Source of the DNA: Candidatus Poribacteria bacterium
Lineage (GTDB): Bacteria; Poribacteria; WGA-4E; WGA-3G
Assembly (NCBI GenBank): GCA_963665235.2
Contig: CAXXLX010000001.1
Location: 352,001 to 416,000, forward strand
Direction: 5' to 3'
Length of the DNA: 64,000 nt
The notes beneath the pieces were generated by a model, which saw only the letters and a list, made by a program, of their open reading frames with translations, was not told where the DNA came from and did no database searches. A program made the position numbers and the translations under genes. Numbering within the stretch: position 1 is the first letter of the stretch; each line of letters opens with the position of its first letter. Of this stretch, positions 9,673 through 18,853 are shown in pieces.

Positions 9673-9990
9673 TTGGCTTATGGCTGTTGGCTGTTGGCTA
9701 TTGGCAAGATGCTCTGATTATAACACGCGGTTTGACGCGCGTTAGAGGGTTCAAAAAACCTCTCTTGCTAATTGCTAATTGCACGCGAGTTTGAAAAAAG
9801 TTTTGACCTAGAGCGTTCTCTGGTAGTTTTAGCAAAAAACAGCACAAACTAGGAAGTTTATGCTACAATTACACCGCTTTTTTCGCGATGAAAAAGGTTT
9901 AGAGCAAACGGATATTTATTATCAAGCTCACGTTAATTGCCAATTGCTAATCGCCAGTGAGCTAATTGCCAATCGCCAATTAAACCGTCT
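9673..9990. repeat. Heptamer-armed intergenic repeat element, containing a MITE
   Basis: (ttggcta/ttggctg)n-gcaaga...gacgcgcgttagag...tcttgc-(taattgc/caatcgc)n; relatives at 13504, 26514, 44969, 56475. Confidence 0.8.
9783..9933 (+). mobile_element. 151-bp MITE, copy 1
   Basis: Imperfect TIRs ACGCGAGTTTGA / ACGTGAGCTTGA; 7-bp duplication TAATTGC; inverted second copy at 56555-56705. Confidence 0.85.
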
Positions 9991-10022
9991 GCCGACAACA
10001 TCGGCAGGCAAGCGGAGGTACA

Positions 10023-11483
10023 ATGACTCAAAAACCGAATATTCTCTTTCTCATGAGCGATGAACACAGTCCACACGCTATCGGGTGTGAAGGCAACCGT
10101 ATTGTGCAAACGCCGAATCTCAACCGGCTTGCCGAATCGGGCAGCTATTTTGAGAGTGCGTACTGCCAAGTACCCCTTTGCACACCCTCCCGAATGTGTA
10201 TGCTGACCGGAAAACACGCGCATCGCTGCTCAGCATGGACAAACGGGTCCATCCTGTTTCCGGAACATCTCACGATGCCTGAACACTTCGCACAACACGG
10301 ATACGCAACGGCACTCGTCGGCAAAATGCACTTCGGCGGAAAAGAACAGAATAACGGTTTTCAATCTCGGCCGTACGGCGACATCCGCGGCTATGCGGGC
10401 CATCAAACCGACCCGCTGCACGGTCCCCCCGGTGTCCGTGAACGCACACGGCAGGCAGGCATAACTGAAATTCCATCAAGCCTTTTACAAGAACGGGTCA
10501 TCAACGCTGAAACGCTTGAATATCTAAGGGCACAACCGACAGACCAGCCGTGGTTTCTGCTCGCAAGTTATAGCCGCCCGCATTTTCCGCTCACCGCACC
10601 GAAACGACTCTTCGACAAATACTGGCCCGATAATGTGGATATGCCCGACATTCCGCCAGGGCACCTAGAACAAACGCACCGATTCGCAAAGGGGCTCCGA
10701 GAGAACTTCAAGACAGCGAACATCCCCACTGAAGAAACGCGCAAAGCACGCGCCGCTTACTACGCCTGCTGTGAACTCCTTGACGAGTGTATCGGCGATT
10801 TACTCACACTTCTCGAACGGGACGGTTTTTTAGATAACACAATTATCGTCTATACAACCGACCACGGCGAAATGGCAGGTGAACACGGACAGTGGTGGAA
10901 ATCCAGTTATTATGAAGCCGCCGCACGGGTTCCGCTGATTGTGGCGGATAGACGCACCGAACATGCACACCGAAACACGCGCGTCAAATCCCCCGTTGAA
11001 TTGAACGACCTATTTCCAACGTTATGTGCAAAGGCGGGTATCCCTATCCCCGACGACCTAGATGGCGATGACATGACCCAACTTATGTCCAGCAATACCG
11101 AAGGTTGGCGCGACACCGCAATTACTGAATACTGGGCACAGCAAACTACAGGTCCTATGCGTATGCTGAGAACACCACGTTATAAATACGTAGCCTTTCC
11201 GGAGGATGACTCCATCCTGTTCGATTTAGAGAATGACCCGGGGGAATTTGAAAACCTCATAGGAAATCCTGAACATGGTCAAACAGCGGCATCGCTACAT
11301 GAGAAACTCATGGCAGACTTCTCATGGGAGACTGTGGCACAACAGATGACAGTAGATAAGGCGCGCAGCCAAGATTTCAAAGAACCGTGGGGCAGAGGCA
11401 CGCCAAATCAGTACACGTTACCGGATGGCCGCGTCGTTGACGCTGAAACCTGTCTCTATCGGCCAAGCCTCCGGGACGAATAA
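10023..11483 (+). CDS. Sulfatase, choline-sulfatase-like
   Basis: PNILFLMSDEH, CTPSR formylglycine motif, GKMH, PHFP, TDHGE. Confidence 0.92.
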   Translation: MTQKPNILFLMSDEHSPHAIGCEGNRIVQTPNLNRLAESGSYFESAYCQVPLCTPSRMCMLTGKHAHRCSAWTNGSILFPEHLTMPEHFAQHGYATALVGKMHFGGKEQNNGFQSRPYGDIRGYAGHQTDPLHGPPGVRERTRQAGITEIPSSLLQERVINAETLEYLRAQPTDQPWFLLASYSRPHFPLTAPKRLFDKYWPDNVDMPDIPPGHLEQTHRFAKGLRENFKTANIPTEETRKARAAYYACCELLDECIGDLLTLLERDGFLDNTIIVYTTDHGEMAGEHGQWWKSSYYEAAARVPLIVADRRTEHAHRNTRVKSPVELNDLFPTLCAKAGIPIPDDLDGDDMTQLMSSNTEGWRDTAITEYWAQQTTGPMRMLRTPRYKYVAFPEDDSILFDLENDPGEFENLIGNPEHGQTAASLHEKLMADFSWETVAQQMTVDKARSQDFKEPWGRGTPNQYTLPDGRVVDAETCLYRPSLRDE

Positions 11484-11519
11484 ATGTCTTGCACCGATAT
11501 TTAATATGGAATTTACAGA

Positions 11520-13502
11520 ATGCCTGGCAACCCCAAAATTCGAATGTCTGCCATCGTTGTAGGAGTGCTTCTGGTCGGGGGGATGTGTGCAATCACCCCC
11601 TACAACAACTATTTTTTGCAGAACACCAATATTGCCGGTAATCACCTTCCTGTCGGTTCCATCTTCGGGTTGCTTTTCTTGGTATTCTTTATCAATATCC
11701 CGCTGCGCAAGTTTACGCAGAGTCGCCGCTTCGCGTTCTCTGCCCCTGAATTGACAGTCATCTGGATGATGCTGATTGTTGGAGTCGGCATTCCCTCTAT
11801 GGGATTGCTACAGTTTCTGCTTCCATCACTGGTCGCGCTGCGTTATTTTGCAACCCCCGAAAACGATTGGGTTGAGACGCTCCACCCACACATCCCGGAC
11901 TGGTTGATTGTCTCCGATACACGCGCTGTAACAGATTTCTATGAAGGTATATCCGCAGGCGAAACCGTTCCATGGCTGTTTTGGATAAAACCGCTCCTCA
12001 TCTGGGGACTTTTCGTCCTCGTCTTCTATTTCACAACGCTCTGCCTGTCCGTAATCCTCCGAAAGCAGTGGATAGAACGCGAACGTTTCTCCTTTCCTTT
12101 AGTTCAGATTCCGGTACAATTAGCAGCAGCCCCGGCACACGGCACGTTGCTCAACCCCTTTTTTAAGAACAGACTTTTGTGGGCAGGCATGGCGTTACCG
12201 GTCGTCTTGCACCTTATCAACGGGCTGCACGCGCATTTTCCGACGGTACCCGAAATTCCGCTCGTCTACCATATCCACCGCGCCTTCACTGAAAAGCCGT
12301 GGTATACGCTCGGGTGGTGGCCCGCGATGCGTTTCGTCATCTATTTTTCGGTCATCGGCATAGCCGCACTGCTAACGCTTGAGGTGTCGTTCAGTCTTTG
12401 GTTTTTCTTCCTCTTTTTCAAGCTTCAATACATTCTCATGAATGCAATGGGACTCGGAATCAGTCCCTGGGTGAGCTGTAGTCGGCAGGTTATGGGGGGT
12501 TATCTTATCTTTGTTCCCGCTGTTTTCTGGGTCGGACGGGAACACATCGCGACGCTTTTCAGGAAAACGTTCTCCCCGCACAGGCGTGGGACCATCGGCA
12601 GCCAACCTGAACACACTGTCGGGGCAAACGGAATAGACGATACAAATGAACCGCTTCCGTATCGGGTCGCGCTGCTTGGGTTTCTGCTCGGTTTCGTTAC
12701 GCTCACAGTGTTCCTCGGACTTGCTGGCATAACGACCTGGGTTGCTATCCTCACGTTGCTCTCTATTTTTATCACATCCATTGTGTTGTCGTGGATGGTC
12801 GTAAACGGCGGGTTGCTGCTTGTGCAGGCACCATTTTTCCCATCAGAATACCTCAACATTACATTGGGCTCGGCTGCATTAGGGCAGAAAAGTCTCGCAA
12901 TTCTCAGCTTCCAACGTACGTTCTTCCGAGATTGGGGGGAATTCATGATGCCGAACTTTCTTCACAGTTTCAAGGCAGCCGATGAAGTTAGACTCGTCCG
13001 CAGACGAATTGCCCCAATAGTCGGCATTGCTATCGCCGTTGCTCTCATCGTCTCCGTTTACGCCTCGTTGACACTTATCTATAAGAAGGGTGCGTTGTTT
13101 TTACACGATTGGTCCTTTGTCGCTGCCCCACGCAACTATTTCCAACGGATGAGCCGTCTTATCCAATTTCCGGAGGAGACGAAGTGGGATGAGGTCTACA
13201 GCATGATTGCAGGCGCAGGTTTCACCGCTTTCCTGCTCTGGATGCGTCAACACTTTGTCTGGTGGGGACTACATCCGATTGGGTATTTGCTAGGTGCCAC
13301 CTATCCCCCATTTCATCTCTGGTCCTCTATTCTTGTCGGGTGGTTCATAAAGTACTGCGCGCTGAAGTTCGGCGGCCCTGCGACGTATCGGAAAATTCGC
13401 CCTATCGCCTTCGGTTTAATCTTCGGTGAATATGTGATGGTAGGATTGTGGATGATAGTCGGATTTTTTACGGGAATAGGATATTTTGCACTGCCATCGT
13501 AA
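11520..13502 (+). CDS. Large polytopic membrane protein (DUF6785-like, putative transporter)
   Basis: Many hydrophobic segments; LRKQWIERERFSFPL and LHPIG motifs recalled from this family. Confidence 0.6.
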   Translation: MPGNPKIRMSAIVVGVLLVGGMCAITPYNNYFLQNTNIAGNHLPVGSIFGLLFLVFFINIPLRKFTQSRRFAFSAPELTVIWMMLIVGVGIPSMGLLQFLLPSLVALRYFATPENDWVETLHPHIPDWLIVSDTRAVTDFYEGISAGETVPWLFWIKPLLIWGLFVLVFYFTTLCLSVILRKQWIERERFSFPLVQIPVQLAAAPAHGTLLNPFFKNRLLWAGMALPVVLHLINGLHAHFPTVPEIPLVYHIHRAFTEKPWYTLGWWPAMRFVIYFSVIGIAALLTLEVSFSLWFFFLFFKLQYILMNAMGLGISPWVSCSRQVMGGYLIFVPAVFWVGREHIATLFRKTFSPHRRGTIGSQPEHTVGANGIDDTNEPLPYRVALLGFLLGFVTLTVFLGLAGITTWVAILTLLSIFITSIVLSWMVVNGGLLLVQAPFFPSEYLNITLGSAALGQKSLAILSFQRTFFRDWGEFMMPNFLHSFKAADEVRLVRRRIAPIVGIAIAVALIVSVYASLTLIYKKGALFLHDWSFVAAPRNYFQRMSRLIQFPEETKWDEVYSMIAGAGFTAFLLWMRQHFVWWGLHPIGYLLGATYPPFHLWSSILVGWFIKYCALKFGGPATYRKIRPIAFGLIFGEYVMVGLWMIVGFFTGIGYFALPS

Positions 13503-13554
13503 TTTAGCAATTGGCAATTAGCAATTAGCAATTAGCAAGAGGTTGTGATTCTAA

Positions 13555-13750
13555 TACCATTTCTAATTGAAAATGTCTCTTTCTTGTAGCATAAACTTCC
13601 AGTTTGTGCGTTCTTGTAGCATAAACTTCCAGTTTGGGTGTTCTTGTAGCATAAACTTCCAGTTTGTGCGTTCTTGTAGCATAAACTTCCAGTTTGGGTC
13701 TTCCGTTCTCCGTTTCATTTCTAACAACCGGTAATGATAGAATAATTATT
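13555..13750 (-). mobile_element. TACC-ended MITE-like element, copy 1 (one end missing or degraded)
   Basis: Near-identical to the non-array parts of 50147-50574; TACCATTTCTA end next to TAA; lies within a heptamer element (13504-13890). Confidence 0.75.
13581..13700. repeat. Tandem array of 4 x 30-bp REP-like units
   Basis: ttcttgtagcataaacttccagtttg(tgcg/ggtg/tgcg/ggtc) at 13581, 13611, 13641, 13671. Confidence 0.95.
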
Positions 13751-13894
13751 GGCAAATTGGCAATTAGCAATTAGCGATTGGCAATTGGCAAGAGGTTTGT
13801 GATTCTAAGAAGAAGTCTGAAGCGCGTCAGAGGTTTCTTCTCTTTGTTTCTTTCTCTTGCTAACGGTTTCCAACAGCCAACATGCTGCTAACAT

Positions 13895-14932
13895 CTATTC
13901 ACCAAAATCCAGCTGTGGAACTGTTAGCGTCCCCGCCAAGATTTGCTGTCTTGCCGCCTCAACTTTTTGTTGCACAGCTTCAGGCACTCTATCTTTCAAG
14001 GCTGGATTATACGTAAACGTTATCGCGCCATCGGTTAGCATTGTGAAAACATAGAGTTTGGACACAAATGTTCCGGCGCGGACAGCACTTGCCAGCTGTA
14101 GATAGGCTTGCGGTGTAATCGCCGCATTTGCAAGCACGGCTCTAGGCGAGACATGGCTCTGGTCGCGATTTGCCCCGAAGGCGTAAACAGTTTTACCCGC
14201 ATCCTGCGCCATCTCTACAGCTTCAAACACGCCAAGCCCAGCTTCATTTGCGTTATGAAAAATGAAATCAACGCCTTCCTGTATCTGTGCAAGCGCAAGT
14301 TCCCGCGCCTTATTAATGCTCTCCCAATCCCCGACATACACCCGTTGGACAGTTGCATCAGCGTTGACACTCTTCACACCGCCTTCAAACGCCATAAACG
14401 TGCTTCTGCCGGAGGGAAGCTCCTGTCCCCCCACGATACCGATTTTATCCGTTTCGGTCATCAGACCGGCTACCATTCCTAAAAGATATGTAGCCTGTTC
14501 AAGCCGAAAGACAATTGGTGAGACGTTTTCGCGAATCGCGCCACTTGCCCCCGCAGAGGTAATAAAGACGATTTCCGGATAATCCTGGGCAACCGCTATC
14601 GCTGCCTCCTGATACTCATACCCATGCCCGAAGATGAGATGATACCCCGCCATCGCATAGGCGCGAAAATCTGCTTCCCAGTCAGCCGGGGTCAGACTTT
14701 CAACGTAGTCTATTTCAGCACCAAGTTCCGTTCCAATTGCTTTTAAACCGTCATAAGCCAAGGCGTTCCATCCCTCATCGCTAATAGAACCGGGGAGGAG
14801 CATACCCACTTTAAACGTTTCCGCTTCTGGCGCGTAGATATTTTTCCCACCATCCTGAATTCTCTCACAACCGAGCATGAATCCGATTGACAAAAGACAT
14901 ACTAGCAATATCAAATAATTTCGTTGTTTCAA
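13895..14932 (-). CDS. BMP family ABC transporter substrate-binding lipoprotein
   Basis: Lipobox MLGC; D.GWN, IFGHG, YLLG..AG; TTG at 14932 follows AAAGGAG. Confidence 0.88.
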   Translation of the reverse strand: MKQRNYLILLVCLLSIGFMLGCERIQDGGKNIYAPEAETFKVGMLLPGSISDEGWNALAYDGLKAIGTELGAEIDYVESLTPADWEADFRAYAMAGYHLIFGHGYEYQEAAIAVAQDYPEIVFITSAGASGAIRENVSPIVFRLEQATYLLGMVAGLMTETDKIGIVGGQELPSGRSTFMAFEGGVKSVNADATVQRVYVGDWESINKARELALAQIQEGVDFIFHNANEAGLGVFEAVEMAQDAGKTVYAFGANRDQSHVSPRAVLANAAITPQAYLQLASAVRAGTFVSKLYVFTMLTDGAITFTYNPALKDRVPEAVQQKVEAARQQILAGTLTVPQLDFGE

Positions 14933-15263
14933 CTTAGAGGTCTCCTTTGAATGTGAAAGGCACGTTATTCTGTTCCAGTCTATATCGTTTATGCAAAAAG
15001 AATAAGTTCTAACATGATACATTATCCGTATAACTACCCACGCAAACTAGGAAGCAATTCACCACGATTGGTTCCTCCGCCCCGTATCGAAACGCGAAAA
15101 TTCGGGGAACAAGGAGGCAGCATCGCGTTCGATGGAATAGCGGAAATAACGTCCAATAACGAATTTGCCCTTTTCGCGCCCGGCGAAAAGGGTGAATTTT
15201 ATATGATAACCAATGTGAAAAAATAGGCAGAGACCGAATCAGGATACCCGCTACATCGGATTA

Positions 15264-16196
15264 TTATTGTTTGAGTTTTGCCCAGAGAGTGGTCAATTTG
15301 TCTTTGGATTCAACAGAGTAACTTCCACTGTTTGTCCAATCAAACGACACACCGCTTTTAAACTGTTCAAAAATTTCTACATGGGCACCACCGTTCACGG
15401 GTGCTGCAAAATTGTTTTTAGTTGTAGCGTAAACGATGTACTTTCCATCAGGTGACCATTTGAGACCTCCAAAACCCACGCGATTTGTAAGTGTTATAAT
15501 TTTCTTCTGACCGGGCGGAATCCCAAGTGGGATAACGTGAATATTTTGCAGCATTACGAATGCCAGTTTTTTACCATCTGGTGAGAAAATCGGGTACCAT
15601 CCGAACTCGCTGACACGTGTAATCTTCCGAGTCGCAATATCAAGAGTAAAAACACCGTGACGAGTGCTGTAGGCAATCTGATCTCCAGTTGGTGCCCAGA
15701 CAAGTTCCCGTGCTTCAATTTCTGTTAACCGTTTTGCATTTGGCACTTGATTCTTTATCTCATTATTTGGAATGAAAAAGATGCCTGTCTTCGGAAGTGG
15801 ATTTTCGCCAATCGGGACGTTTGTAAAGACAATATCTCCATTTATTGAGATGTCAAGATCCCACACCTCTTCAAATCTTCTCTGTGTTAGGTTGCGCGCT
15901 TTTTCGTCAGGTTGATTTCTATCAATAAGGTAAACGTCAGTTTCAAGAATCTCTCCCATATCGTGTCCGGCCAAAAAGATAATATAAGGGCCATCTTTTT
16001 GGACAGCGAACTCCCACATCCCATTGGCGTGTTTAAAAATCAGGTGTGTGTTATGTGTGGCCCACATATCGGTTAACCATAATTCGCTGCGGTTATTTGG
16101 ATGTTTAAATATGATTTGATCGGTGGGTTTTGCCAACGTTGTGAGTGGTAGTAGACAAAGTAGAGAGAAACAAAGAGATTTGAGAAAGTATTTCAT
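15264..16196 (-). CDS. Secreted TolB/PD40-type beta-propeller protein with conserved C-terminal motif
   Basis: Signal peptide; WAPTGD, FSPDGK, WSPDGK; ends SVESKDKLTTLWAKLKQ. Confidence 0.85.
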   Translation of the reverse strand: MKYFLKSLCFSLLCLLPLTTLAKPTDQIIFKHPNNRSELWLTDMWATHNTHLIFKHANGMWEFAVQKDGPYIIFLAGHDMGEILETDVYLIDRNQPDEKARNLTQRRFEEVWDLDISINGDIVFTNVPIGENPLPKTGIFFIPNNEIKNQVPNAKRLTEIEARELVWAPTGDQIAYSTRHGVFTLDIATRKITRVSEFGWYPIFSPDGKKLAFVMLQNIHVIPLGIPPGQKKIITLTNRVGFGGLKWSPDGKYIVYATTKNNFAAPVNGGAHVEIFEQFKSGVSFDWTNSGSYSVESKDKLTTLWAKLKQ

Positions 16197-16204
16197 GAGA
16201 GCTC

Positions 16205-17419
16205 CTATTGTGTTACAGGTGTTTTCGTGTAGGGTTTTATCTCCAGTGGGAACTCGCCTAAGTCAATAGTGTTGGATAAAATGTCAGAGGGTTTCGGTAC
16301 GGGATAGGGCGGTTTGCCAAAGTTATAATGAACTTTTATCTGTGTCTTTCCAATTCGCTTGAGGTATTCGAGCTCCTCGTTGAGTTCATCAAGTTGTGTT
16401 TGCCCCTTTTGGATCAGGTCCGGGAGTGCCTCAAGCCGTTCCTTCTCAGCATCCGTTAGCGGGCGTGGGTTTGGGTTTGTCCAAACCCCTGTCGCGCGAT
16501 AGGAAAGGTCTGGATTGATATGCCAGACCTTTCCACCTACTGTTACCACCGCGGTTAACGTGTTTTTTTCGTCTTCGGGGGTGGTGAATGAGAAGAACTC
16601 CCTTCGGGACGACATCCAGTCCACGCGAAAAGAACTCCGTATAAGATGAGAAGGTGAACAGTGATATAGATATAACGCATTAGAGAACAGCCTTTGCTAT
16701 ATACCGGACTTGTATGCGGTGTCTTAGCTTAGGGACGCGCAGTGATGCGGCTCCCTGCAATTTTCCCCACATGTTCTTGTCCCCAAGTTGATAGGTGCGT
16801 GTATCGTAAATCTGTATACCCAATTTATCTGCGCCTTTTCCAACATCTACCTCACCGGGGCCGTCCGGATGGGGAATTATTCGTTCTCTGGGAAACTTAA
16901 TCCAAGCATTCGCTTTCGCTGCCACGTCTCTCTCGCTCGCGTAAAGATGAGAATATGAATAACTAAAAAGGGTGACTGACTGATCTGCGTTGATCCAAGC
17001 AGTCACTCCTAGCCGTTTATCCGCCAATAAGACGATCGCCATTCTTCCTCATCCTTACCCAGCAAACCCCATAAGCCTGGGCCTGTTAGGTCTACACTCA
17101 TTTATGTGAATATCCATTCTGAGTCAGATTCCAACCGTCATTCCGAAAGCCGCTATCAGTAAAATCTACTACAATGTCTATAGCGTTTACAATGAAGGTA
17201 ACGCCAAGAACAGATCACGCCTATCAGCAGCAAAGCTGCGAGTCCTCTTTTGGATTTCATAAATTGCATTGAAAACGGTCCTTTATCGGCCCATTACCAT
17301 AACTCGCCGTTACTCGAATAATGTCCGCAAAACCTACATACCGCATAGGAAGGAGAACAATAGAGGTGGGCAGTGCACACCATAAGCGTCAAAAGTGTCA
17401 AAACAAAAAAGCGTTTCAT
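16205..17419 (-). pseudogene. Probable fragmented gene for a secreted protein
   Basis: GGAGG RBS and signal peptide (MKRFFVLTLL...SYA), then stops and frame changes; remaining ORFs 16680-17042 and 16205-16624 are on the same strand. Confidence 0.5.
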
Positions 17420-17513
17420 GATTATCTTTCCTCCTTTTTTAAGGACATAAACGCTATCCATATTATAAAGTTTACTATAAAAACATCGTAAAAACAGAGT
17501 CAACAATTAAAAA

Positions 17514-17794
17514 GACACACCGATTACAACAGAATTCGGGGCAATGTCCCGCTCCTTGTAGACCTTCCGGTATCCGGCGAGCTGCTTCCGTTGCAATAGT
17601 TTACCACTATTCATAACCGCTTTTGGATTAAAAATCCATAAAAAGGGGTTAGGTTTGTAAAAGGAGAAACGCTCATTTGTGTTTGCTATTCCTGCCATAG
17701 CTATGCGCCCTGTTTCCACTTCTCCGAGTGCTGCTGCGTATTGCGCTGGCACCGAAGTGGATATAGTCATGGGACCCACAAGGCAGGGTGTGTC
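17514..17794 (-). ncRNA. Candidate structured RNA or long leader
   Basis: Closing 8-bp stem gacacacc/ggtgtgtc enclosing several internal hairpins; strand is inferred. Confidence 0.35.
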
Positions 17795-17887
17795 GTGAAC
17801 AGCACTTTCACAAATGATAACATGCTCCTTGTAAAAAAATGTCAATAAATTAAATTGCCTTGCTGCTTAAAACAACTCGGCAGCTAT

Positions 17888-18459
17888 CTATAGGTATTCG
17901 GTGCTGAGCCACCTTTTCAATTTTGCTTTAGCCCGATGCAACAGAACCCCAACTTTACTTACTGTCAAACCCAACGTATCGGCAATCCGTTCGTAAGACA
18001 GCCCATCGATTCTCAACTGTATTACGTTCTTCTGGTCTTCCGGAAGCCGCTCTATCAAATATTGGCGGATTGATTGTTGTTCTTCAAGAATCATAAGGTT
18101 CGCAGGATTAAATGCCGATTGCGCCTCTATTGTCCTTAAAAGGTTTTCATTTTCATAAAGCACTCGTCTTTCCTCCGATTTCAACCATCTTGCTCTTTTT
18201 CCTTCCGCGATTTTGAACAACCACTTATTGAAACTTTTGGGCTCCAGAATTGTGTTTATCTGTTTAAACGCTTCAAGGAGTGTCTCTTGGGCGAGATCTT
18301 CTGCATCCTGGTTCCCAATGCCTCTGTTTACGAAAAAACGGATAAGTTTTTCGAAATATTTTTCATAGAGGGATCCAATGCCGTTTTGTCACCGGATTGG
18401 CAAGCCCTCACATATTTTGCATCTTCTTCTGCGGTATTCCTGTCCAAATTTAGTGCCAT
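17888..18459 (-). pseudogene. ECF-type RNA polymerase sigma factor with a 1-bp frameshift
   Basis: Region 2 (DAEDLAQETLL, FNKWLFKIA) and region 4 (GLSYERIADTLG...LHRAK); one added base near 18377 joins the ATG at 18459 to the 17888-18220 ORF. Confidence 0.8.
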
Positions 18460-18479
18460 TGGCTCACTTTAACACCTTA

Positions 18480-18691
18480 TGTAAAATAAATAATCGCGTG
18501 TGTATTTCGCGCGCTTATTATAATAAGGTGCAAAATTTGGCAGAAAATATTACAAAAAAATTTCATTGCTTGAAAAATTAAGTGTGTTTTAATTGCATCG
18601 GCACTTGCGTAAAATAATTACATTCGCGTATTTTGTGTGTTTATTATAAAAGGTGCAGAATTTGGCAGAAAATATTACAAAAAAATTTCAT
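18480..18691. repeat. Imperfect direct repeat (about 85 bp x 2) upstream of the ECF gene
   Basis: ttattata..aaggtgca.aatttggcagaaaatattacaaaaaaatttcat occurs at about 18515-18566 and 18641-18691. Confidence 0.85.
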
Positions 18692-18853
18692 CTGCGATTC
18701 AGACAACTTTACTGCCTTCCAACCTTCCAACCTCCCTTACAACCTTCGGTTCTCCAAAATATTTACCCCTTCCTCAATAAAAAGGCGTTGAAAAGGACAG
18801 CATAAATTGATAAACTATATACAAAAATAATCCCTTCCTACTCGGAGAAATCT

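Noticed and set aside
17507-17845. 112-aa ORF as a protein or anti-sigma factor
   Set aside because: The TTG start lies in a TTGACA box, with no RBS, TM helix or ZAS motif; the region looks like structured non-coding sequence.
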